This document shows, piece by piece, positions 7,394 through 14,126 of a stretch of DNA of 35,234 bases (position 1 is the first letter of the stretch; every line of letters starts with the position of its first letter). Under the pieces are notes generated by a model, which saw only the letters and a list, made by a program, of their open reading frames with translations, was not told where the DNA came from and made no database searches. The DNA is from Clostridia bacterium. GTDB lineage: Bacteria > Bacillota > Clostridia > Christensenellales > Aristaeellaceae. The DNA lies in assembly GCA_017471125.1 (NCBI GenBank), contig JAFUWR010000220.1, forward strand, positions 1 to 35,234, written 5' to 3'. A program made the position numbers and the translations under genes.

Positions 7394-7482
7394 AACCAGC
7401 GCCAGAACAAATAATCTGGCCTCGCTATCACCACACTACATATAGACACTACATCCGCCCCATCAGTATCACGATTTTCCCC

Positions 7483-7511
7483 TTGACAAACCCCTCCAAC
7501 CATGCTATTAT
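7483..7511 (+). promoter_or_regulatory. Consensus-like sigma-A promoter M1 with no obvious downstream gene
   Basis: TTGACA (7483..7488), 17-nt spacer, TATTAT (7506..7511). It shares architecture and flanks with 10456..10484 and 15141..15169. It points away from P2 and antisense into the DUF3800 gene. Confidence 0.5.
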
Positions 7512-7718
7512 GCTTATAGAAGATGCTCTGTCTTTTCCGAAGGCTTGCGTTCCACGCGGGGTATTTATGTAGGAAGGATGGAGCATTTTCTGTACCCTAT
7601 CATCACCCTTATCAGCCCCATCAGTGTGTACATTGTTGCACCGGCGCATCGCCATGAATTATTTGCTTCCTCAGCATAAAGAATGCACGACACGCAATGT
7701 GCCAAACACACGCTCCGT

Positions 7719-8531
7719 TTAGTCCGTTCCTTCTCCTCCCTGACCACGGAAGTCATGGCTACTCTCAAACAACCAATGCTCATACGGGCTCTCCCAGTGA
7801 GGATTCTCAAATCCCCTAAATCCTGTGGACATCTTGATATTGAACGCGGGCAGCATCGTTTGTATTTCCTGATTGATGTACTTGTACAGCTTCTCTTTCG
7901 CAATCGTCCGCTTCCCGCGCGTCCGCGCGCCGTCAGGCTTCACCAGGTGCAGATCATTCATTCGGAACTGCATCGCGCCGAGGATGATGTCGGTGCATTG
8001 CAGGATCACATGATCGTGGGAGCAGACTTCCGCGATATCTTCCCGGCGGATATGAACCCGGCTGCCGGCATAGTCTCGCGTGTTTGGCAGGTTCAACAGA
8101 TAGTCTTTGAAGCGTTCCCGCTTCTCTCGCGTGTCAGGTAGTTCGTCCAGATAGATGCGAACGAAGCACTCTTCCGGCGTGGTCCTCAATCCGAAACTGT
8201 GCTTGAGGAACTGGTAGTAGAGCTTGAAATACTTGTCCCGGTTTTTGTCGATGGGGGCTGAGCTCGTTTCCCGAAACATAATGCGGAAGCGAATCTTCCC
8301 GGCTCGGATAAAATCGAAGAATAGATGGATGAGTTCCTCATACTTCTCCAAATAGTTCGGTGTGACCTTGATCCACTTTACTTCACGGAGGAGGTTGAGT
8401 TCCGTTTTTTTATTATTTAGAGCGGTTGTAATCTCCTCCAGATATTGGAAAGGGAGAATGCAGCCTCCGAAGAAATCGCTGTATAGCGTGCCCTTGTCCA
8501 GGGATTCGTCGCAGTAGATAACGTATTCCAC
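7719..8531 (-). CDS. DUF3800-family protein (about 270 aa)
   Basis: I take the N-terminus as (V->M)EYVIYCDESLDKGTLYSDFFGG, matching my recollection of the DUF3800 opening (hydrophobic-Y-x-DES). GTG at 8531 has an AGGAG SD 7 nt upstream. The track ORF begins further upstream at TTG 8591, which I consider less likely. Confidence 0.65.
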   Translation of the reverse strand: MEYVIYCDESLDKGTLYSDFFGGCILPFQYLEEITTALNNKKTELNLLREVKWIKVTPNYLEKYEELIHLFFDFIRAGKIRFRIMFRETSSAPIDKNRDKYFKLYYQFLKHSFGLRTTPEECFVRIYLDELPDTREKRERFKDYLLNLPNTRDYAGSRVHIRREDIAEVCSHDHVILQCTDIILGAMQFRMNDLHLVKPDGARTRGKRTIAKEKLYKYINQEIQTMLPAFNIKMSTGFRGFENPHWESPYEHWLFESSHDFRGQGGEGTD

Positions 8532-8562
8532 AGTTTGGCTCCTGGTGTGAATAATTTCCCTG

Positions 8563-8591
8563 ATTATACCATGATAGGTGACGGAGCGCAA
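8563..8591 (-). promoter_or_regulatory. Promoter of the DUF3800 gene
   Basis: Reverse strand: TTGCGC (complement of 8586..8591), 17-nt spacer ending in TGG, then TATAAT (complement of 8563..8568). This is an extended -10. Confidence 0.5.
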
Positions 8592-8650
8592 GAGTGTGGG
8601 GAAGGGAAAATCGGTGGGGGGATTGCCAAAACCAGAGCGACAAAACCCTC

Positions 8651-8700
8651 AAAACGGGGACATCCCTGCCCCGGAGCGGTTTGCCCCAGAACAGGGATGT
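8651..8700 (-). terminator. Probable terminator of P3
   Basis: The reverse strand ACATCCCTG...CAGGGATGT forms a 9-bp stem, with an alternative inner CGGGG/CCCCG stem, followed by GTTTTG. The 3' flank (CTACG..TGGA..ATGCGT..AGGCT.TAG.CCT..CTCATCCACACA) is homologous to the 3' flank of P1 (6027..6120). Confidence 0.45.
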
Positions 8701-8763
8701 GTGGATGAGAATTCAGGCTAAAGCCTTGTTCTCACGCATTGCTTCCAGCTTATCGCGTAGCGA

Positions 8764-10404
8764 TTAGTCGTTGGCACCCATGCGACGCTTGGTGATCAGC
8801 AGGATGGCAGCAGCCAGAACCATGATGGAACCAGCCACATAGAAGATCGTGGTGCCGATGCCGCCGGTGGAGGGCAGGGTAGCGCCAGACTTATTCTCGA
8901 TCTGGCCAAAGATCTCGCCAGAGCCGAGTTCATCGGTAGTTCCGTCGATCTTAGTGTCAACAGTCTCAGTACCACTGCCATCGGCCTTATCACGAGTAAA
9001 GGTAAACTCACCGCCGCTGGGAGAGGCAGCATAACCAGTCGGGCCATTCAAGGCAGTGATGCTGTATACACCAGTAGTGCCATCAGCTGCAATGGTACGG
9101 GTGATGGAGAAGCTCAGAGGATCCATCGTGTTATATCCGTCAGGGGTAGTGGTCTCAACGAGGAGGTAGTCGCCAGCATCCAAGCCATCGAACTCAAAGT
9201 TAGTAACGCCAGTGATTTCCTGATCAACGGTGTAATAATCCGTATAATCAGTCAGAGTGCAAGCATCACCATACCGGTCATTAGTATCGTCAGCACCAGA
9301 AGCAAGCTTCTTATACAGGGTGAAACCAGCACCGGTCTTCGCTTCATAACCAGATTTGTCAGCCTTGGCTACGATCTTGTCTACATCCATCTTGTAGGTG
9401 AACACGACCGTAGTATCGTCGGGAGTGTCGCCAGTCTCTTCACCGCCCTGATCGTCATTGGGGTTGTTAGAGTATTCGACATGGCTGGTATTGGGGTTGC
9501 CAGGGTTGCCATAGACAACACCAGTACTATTCAGGGTAGAAGTGTAGTACACGCTGATAACAGAACCAGCTGCGACTTCGCCAATTTCCTTCAAATTGGC
9601 AAAGACGACTTCGAAGGCGCAATCATCATCAAGGCCAGTAGTTACAACCTCGAACCCTTCGGTGATCTCTGTATCACCAACATAAACCTTCACTGTGCTA
9701 GCATTGAAGGTCAGACCCTCACACTGCTCATCATGAAAGGTCAGATGATAAATCTTATAATTATCATACTGGTCGGTGATGGTAGCAGTCAGTTTAAAGG
9801 GAACCTCATCGCCGATGTCGTAGTCAGCATAATCACCGTAAGTCAGCCCCTTCAGATCGCTCAAGTCAATGTCAGTCGAGCTATCATTGTTTTCAGCAAC
9901 ATCCTTAGTAGAGGTGGTGGTATTTGCCTTACGAGTGATAGTGACATCACCCACAACCTTCACGATGTACAGGGAATACTCGTCACCCTCACCAGGCGTG
10001 AAACCAGAGGCATCCTTGATAAGATAATAGCCAGCCGGGACACTCGTCAAAGAAGCTCCAGCAGCAACGCCAGCCGCATAAGTACTACCATCAGCATAGG
10101 CATTCACGGCAACAGCAGTCTCTTGCGCGTCATTATCCATAGCGGCTAGGGTATCAAGCACATTTTGAGCAACAACGCCAGTGTTACTACTGCCAGAACC
10201 CCACTGTACATTAGACAAAACACCATCATACAGATCACCAGTAAAAATCTGATAGACATCATATGTGTGGGTAAAACCGGTCGAATCCGTAGGCATAGTC
10301 AGAGTAAAAGTCTGAGCATCAGCCATGGCCGGGATCATGGAAGCGATCATCATCGTCGCCAATACCAGCGCCAGAACAAAAAATCTGGCCTCGCCATCAA
10401 TCAA
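8764..10404 (-). CDS. LPXTG-anchored pilin-like protein P3 (546 aa from the TTG start)
   Basis: Reads (TTG)MIDGEARFFVLALVLATMMIASMIPAMA|DAQ..., then HTYDVYQIFTGD, GYYLIKD, an E-box DYLLVETTTPDGYN, and C-terminal TLPSTGGIGTTIFYVAGSIMVLAAAILLITKRRMGAND. No SD precedes the TTG. Confidence 0.88.
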   Translation of the reverse strand: MIDGEARFFVLALVLATMMIASMIPAMADAQTFTLTMPTDSTGFTHTYDVYQIFTGDLYDGVLSNVQWGSGSSNTGVVAQNVLDTLAAMDNDAQETAVAVNAYADGSTYAAGVAAGASLTSVPAGYYLIKDASGFTPGEGDEYSLYIVKVVGDVTITRKANTTTSTKDVAENNDSSTDIDLSDLKGLTYGDYADYDIGDEVPFKLTATITDQYDNYKIYHLTFHDEQCEGLTFNASTVKVYVGDTEITEGFEVVTTGLDDDCAFEVVFANLKEIGEVAAGSVISVYYTSTLNSTGVVYGNPGNPNTSHVEYSNNPNDDQGGEETGDTPDDTTVVFTYKMDVDKIVAKADKSGYEAKTGAGFTLYKKLASGADDTNDRYGDACTLTDYTDYYTVDQEITGVTNFEFDGLDAGDYLLVETTTPDGYNTMDPLSFSITRTIAADGTTGVYSITALNGPTGYAASPSGGEFTFTRDKADGSGTETVDTKIDGTTDELGSGEIFGQIENKSGATLPSTGGIGTTIFYVAGSIMVLAAAILLITKRRMGAND

Positions 10405-10455
10405 TTACTAATAGATGCTTCATATGCACTATTAGTATCAGATTCCCTATCCCTC

Positions 10456-10484
10456 TTGACCAATCCTCCGCCCTGTGGTAATAT
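10456..10484 (+). promoter_or_regulatory. Promoter M2 of the Rpn-like gene, divergent from P3
   Basis: TTGACC (10456..10461), 17-nt spacer, TAATAT (10479..10484). This is followed by the conserved GTTGTGGAAG and a 7-bp hairpin (TGTGGAA...TTCCACA). Confidence 0.55.
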
Positions 10485-10571
10485 TAAGTTGTGGAAGGAT
10501 CCATTTCGGACGTTTTCCACATGTGCGCGATTACGCATCAGATTTGTTGAAAGGTCAGGGGGTGATACTCC

Positions 10572-11438
10572 ATGCCACGCAAGCGTACCCGGAAGGCCAA
10601 CCGCAAGGCAAAGGATTCTGTATTCGTGGATCTGTTCCACCAGAAGAAGTATTGCCTACAGTTGTTTAAGTCCCTTCATCCGGAGATGGACGTCACTTCT
10701 TCTGACATCAAGACGATCACGCTCAAGCACATCGTCGTGGACCGGCAATACAATGATCTGGGCATTCTCGTCCAGGACAAGCTCATCATCTTGATCGAGG
10801 CTCAGTCCAAGTGGAGCGATAATATTCTGCTTAGGCTTTGGTTTTATGCATCTGACACCTACCTGACGCAGATCAAGAACAATCCTGCCTGGGACGTACA
10901 TGATACGAAGGCTATTCCACTTCCGCCACCGGAGTTTGTAGTGATTTACACAGGAAACCGAGATATCCCGCCGACCGTCAGCTTGAGAGAGCACTTCTTT
11001 AAGAATGCTAATGTGCCAATCGACTTGATCGCGAAGGTAATCCGGCAGGAAGGCAACGATATCATCGGCCAGTACATCACATTCTGCCATGTGTTCGATG
11101 ACATGGTGAAGAATTACGGACAGACCCGGAAAGCGGTGGAAGAAACGATAAGGATTTGCAGGGACAAAGGCGTCCTTGCAGAATATCTCCGAGACAGAGA
11201 AGAGGAGGTAATCGAAGCTATGGTTATGTTGTTTGATCAGCAGACTGCTGTTGAGCAGTACGGGGACAGAAGAGAGGCTGAGGGAGAGGCGAAAGCAACC
11301 GCCGCTGCCACCGAACGCGACAAGCGGCGTGTGTTAAAGCTGTTTGCAAAGGGAAACAGTCCGGAAGAGATCGCCGACGACATGGAGTTGGATTTGAAAT
11401 TGGTCAAAGAATGGCTTGCGGCACCCTCGATGGCGTGA
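10572..11438 (+). CDS. Rpn-family recombination-promoting nuclease / PD-(D/E)XK putative transposase (288 aa)
   Basis: Contains KDSVFVDLFHQKKYCLQLFKSLHPE and NDLGILVQDKLIILIEAQSKWSDNILLRLWFYASDTY, which I read as the D...E-x-Q nuclease core typical of this family. The C-terminal tail KGNSPEEIADDMELDLKLVKEWL looks HTH-like. The SD is AGGGGGTGA (10557..10565). Confidence 0.8.
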   Translation: MPRKRTRKANRKAKDSVFVDLFHQKKYCLQLFKSLHPEMDVTSSDIKTITLKHIVVDRQYNDLGILVQDKLIILIEAQSKWSDNILLRLWFYASDTYLTQIKNNPAWDVHDTKAIPLPPPEFVVIYTGNRDIPPTVSLREHFFKNANVPIDLIAKVIRQEGNDIIGQYITFCHVFDDMVKNYGQTRKAVEETIRICRDKGVLAEYLRDREEEVIEAMVMLFDQQTAVEQYGDRREAEGEAKATAAATERDKRRVLKLFAKGNSPEEIADDMELDLKLVKEWLAAPSMA

Positions 11439-11445
11439 GTGATGA

Positions 11446-11489
11446 CCACACTGATGGGGCTGAAAGATGCCTGTCAGTGTGGTTTTCTT
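11446..11489 (+). terminator. Intrinsic terminator after the Rpn-like gene
   Basis: CCACACTGA (11446..11454) pairs perfectly with TCAGTGTGG (11474..11482) across a 19-nt loop. TTTTCTT follows. Confidence 0.7.
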
Positions 11490-11555
11490 ATATTACTAAT
11501 AGAGCGGAAATAAGACTTACAGAGATGCGGAAATGGCAGGGTCAGATTTTTTCTC

Positions 11556-13313
11556 GTGGCGCTGGTGCTGGCAGTCATGATGCTGCTGGTCAGCGTAAGC
11601 GCATTAGCTGCTACAATTGAAAATAAGACCGACCATTCTTATGATGCCTATCAGATTTTTGCAGGAACTCATGTTGCTGGTGAAACCACAGGCAAACTGG
11701 GTGTTACTGGTTGGGGTAGCGGTATTAATGGAGATGCGTTTCTTACCGCATTGAAATCAAACTCTGCTTTTAATAAGACTACCGGTACAGGCGAGGATGC
11801 TGTAACTGAGAATGTTTTCAAAGACGCTAAGACTGCCGCTGATGTCGCTTCTATCCTTGGTGATAATGCCACTGATAAGAGTGATTTTGCAAAGGCTTTT
11901 GCGCTTGAAGCTGAGAAGCATCTCAAGACAGAAAAAACTGCCATCGCAGCTGGTGCTACAACTGCTGAACTCCTGGGCTATTATCTGCTTGTGGACACTC
12001 AGACTCTTGAAGATGGAGATGCCAAGAACCTTTCTCTGTTGGAGGTAACCGGCAAAGAGAAGTTCACTATCGAGAAGAAGTATGATAAGCCCTCTCTCGA
12101 TAAGGACATCATTGAGGATGATGCAAATGTCGAGGCAGCCGACAAGAATATCGGTGATACTATTACTTACGAGCTTCGTGGTACTTTGCCTTCCAACCTT
12201 GGAGACTTCACCAAGTATTACTTTGAGTTCTCCGATACTCTGTCTAAGGGCCAAGCGTATCAGGGCGATATAAAGGTCTACTTGAACGAAGTTAAGGCAA
12301 AAAATGACATCACTGGTAAGTTCACCATCAAGCATTCCACTGATAAGGGTGCTACTGACAAAACTGACGGTGCCTCTGCTACTGAATTCTCGATCAAAAA
12401 TGAGGACATTTTGGCTGCTTCCACTGGTATTGCCGGCGTGAAGGGCAGTGATGTTATCATTGTTCGCTATACCGCGATTCTGACAAAGGACGCTACCGTT
12501 GGGTCTACGGGCAACGAGAACAAGGCCAAGTTGACTTACTCCAGCAATCCGAACTATAATGGTGATGGCGAAAAGAAGGATACCCCCGAGGACAAGACCC
12601 TTGTTTTCACCTATGAACTGGATACCACCAAGGTTGACGGCGCTGAAGTTACCGTTCCCGATGGCGCGACCTATTATAATGCAGACGATACTGCTGCTGC
12701 TGACGCCTCTGAAGCCGCATATGCAACTGCCGACGGCGTGACGTATACCAAGGATGCTGCTGGTAAATGGCACAAGGCTATCGAAGGCGCTGAGTTCAAG
12801 CTGTATCGTATGAATGGAACCGACAAAGAATATGTCGTGCTTGAAGCCAGCTCTACCAAGGTTAAGAGTTGGACGAAGACCATTGGGGAAGCAACTGTTT
12901 TGACTTCTGCTGCAAACACGGGTCTGTTTGAAGTGTCTGGCTTGGATGCCGGTACTTACTACCTGGTTGAGACCAAGGCTCCCACTGGTTACAACCTGCT
13001 TAATGATCCTGTGAAGGTTGTAATTGCTGCGACTATCACTGGCTCAACCACTGGTACTGTGGGCGCGGCTGATGATCATGATAAGGTTGCTCCCGCTTTG
13101 ACCGCTCTCACTATCGCGGTAAACGATGGCACTGCCCAGAATGGTAAGTTAGCTACTGGTGAAGTCAAGGATACCATCGCCAATAATGGCGGTAATGTCC
13201 TCCCCTCTACCGGCGGCATCGGCACGACGATCTTCTACGTGGCTGGCTCCATCCTGGTCCTGGCTGCTGCGATCCTGCTGATCACCAAGCGTCGCATGGG
13301 TGCCAACGACTGA
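11556..13313 (+). CDS. LPXTG-anchored pilin-like protein P4 (585 aa from GTG 11556; true start unclear)
   Basis: Reads (GTG)ALVLAVMMLLVSVSALA|ATIENK..., then HSYDAYQIFAG, GYYLLVD, KPSLDKD, an E-box TYYLVETKAPTGYN, and C-terminal VLPSTGGIGTTIFYVAGSILVLAAAILLITKRRMGAND. In frame upstream the sequence is stop-DLQRCGNGRVRFFL with no start codon and no SD. Confidence 0.88.
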   Translation: MALVLAVMMLLVSVSALAATIENKTDHSYDAYQIFAGTHVAGETTGKLGVTGWGSGINGDAFLTALKSNSAFNKTTGTGEDAVTENVFKDAKTAADVASILGDNATDKSDFAKAFALEAEKHLKTEKTAIAAGATTAELLGYYLLVDTQTLEDGDAKNLSLLEVTGKEKFTIEKKYDKPSLDKDIIEDDANVEAADKNIGDTITYELRGTLPSNLGDFTKYYFEFSDTLSKGQAYQGDIKVYLNEVKAKNDITGKFTIKHSTDKGATDKTDGASATEFSIKNEDILAASTGIAGVKGSDVIIVRYTAILTKDATVGSTGNENKAKLTYSSNPNYNGDGEKKDTPEDKTLVFTYELDTTKVDGAEVTVPDGATYYNADDTAAADASEAAYATADGVTYTKDAAGKWHKAIEGAEFKLYRMNGTDKEYVVLEASSTKVKSWTKTIGEATVLTSAANTGLFEVSGLDAGTYYLVETKAPTGYNLLNDPVKVVIAATITGSTTGTVGAADDHDKVAPALTALTIAVNDGTAQNGKLATGEVKDTIANNGGNVLPSTGGIGTTIFYVAGSILVLAAAILLITKRRMGAND

Positions 13314-13330
13314 TCGACAGACCCATTTTT

Positions 13331-13364
13331 CCCCGGAGAGCAAGTCAAGCCCTCCGGGGCTTTT
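13331..13364 (+). terminator. Intrinsic terminator of P4
   Basis: CCCCGGAG (13331..13338) pairs with CTCCGGGG (13352..13359), followed by C and TTTT. Confidence 0.7.
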
Positions 13365-13380
13365 CATTAAGGAGGTTCTT

Positions 13381-13635
13381 ATGGCATATCCAGACACTAC
13401 CCATATCGCGAATGAATACAATGCTCTGCTGGAAGAGTTGCGCAAGGAGTATAATGAGGGTCATATGCCCGGCTACCATTCTTTTAAGACCCGATTTCGA
13501 TCGCATGACCTTGATTTATTAATGCGAAAAATCAACGGGAGTCCGTTTTTTATCGGTGAGGCAAGAAGATATGGCGCATTGATAGAAGTCAATGTCAGAT
13601 GGGATAAACTAATGAAGCACTTTACAAACAACTGA
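13381..13635 (+). CDS. Hypothetical small protein (84 aa)
   Basis: A strong AAGGAGG SD (13369..13375) sits 5 nt before the ATG at 13381. The protein is MAYPDTTHIANEYNALLEELRKEYNEGHMPGYHSFKTRF...; I recognise no family. The track ORF starts earlier (13300) without an SD. Confidence 0.55.
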   Translation: MAYPDTTHIANEYNALLEELRKEYNEGHMPGYHSFKTRFRSHDLDLLMRKINGSPFFIGEARRYGALIEVNVRWDKLMKHFTNN

Positions 13636-13706
13636 CCATTGGAGTTTTCATCTGTGCCAAAGATGTCAAACCACAAAGCTCACACGATACATACGAGCAT
13701 GCTCCC

Positions 13707-13784
13707 GTAGGGGCGGCGTTGCGCCGCCCGCCAGATACACCGATGCGAAATATACTCGGGCGGGCGCCGCAACGGCGCCCCTAC
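13707..13784. repeat. GC-rich REP-like palindromic element (copy 1)
   Basis: GTAGGGGCGGCGTTGCGCCGCCCGCC (13707..13732) and GGCGGGCGCCGCAACGGCGCCCCTAC (13759..13784) are inverted 26-mers with 2 mismatches. Each arm is also a hairpin on its own (GGCGGCG-TTG-CGCCGCC). A partial extra arm lies at 13811..13832. Confidence 0.8.
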
Positions 13785-14008
13785 ATCCCTGGCTCGGGTG
13801 ACCTGTATCAACGGCGTTGCGCCGCCCGCCCGGGGACCTCATCCGACCCGCTCCGCGGGCCACCTTCCCGATAGCAGTCGCGCTACTGCCCATAGGGCAG
13901 GCGCGACCAGCCCGCCCTGGGATTCTGCGAATCCGGGCGGCGCTGCCGCCGCTTCCGCTTCGCGAAGTAGCGGCGGTGCGTAAAGGGGGAAGGCAATATC
14001 AAGCATCC

Positions 14009-14032
14009 GTAGGGGCGATGCCCTCATCGCCC
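14009..14032. repeat. Second REP-like hairpin subtype
   Basis: GTAGGGGCGATGCCCTCATCGCCC has an 8-bp stem GGGCGATG/CATCGCCC. It shares the GTAGGGGCG head with the other elements. Further GC-rich inverted repeats lie at 13905..13975. Confidence 0.6.
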
Positions 14033-14068
14033 GTCGTATACGCCGTCACACCATTGGTTTATTCTCTA

Positions 14069-14097
14069 TTGACACCTTTACCGCGCTGTGCTAAACT
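14069..14097 (+). promoter_or_regulatory. Promoter of the second Rpn-like gene
   Basis: TTGACA (14069..14074), 17-nt spacer, TAAACT (14092..14097). Confidence 0.55.
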
Positions 14098-14126
14098 ATA
14101 CTCACACCGAGCAAGGAGAAGCCGCT

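Noticed and set aside
4549-11575. Classical shufflon or invertase switch (Rci/Hin/Fim-type)
   Set aside because: No tyrosine or serine recombinase gene is present in the window. Each pilin keeps its own upstream region, and a terminator separates the Rpn gene from P4. I have kept it only as a testable geometry, not as a called system.
9481-12773. Antisense ORFs over P3 (9481..10149), the Rpn gene (10656..11090) and P4 (11757..12773)
   Set aside because: No motifs, no SD, and opposite to well-supported genes.
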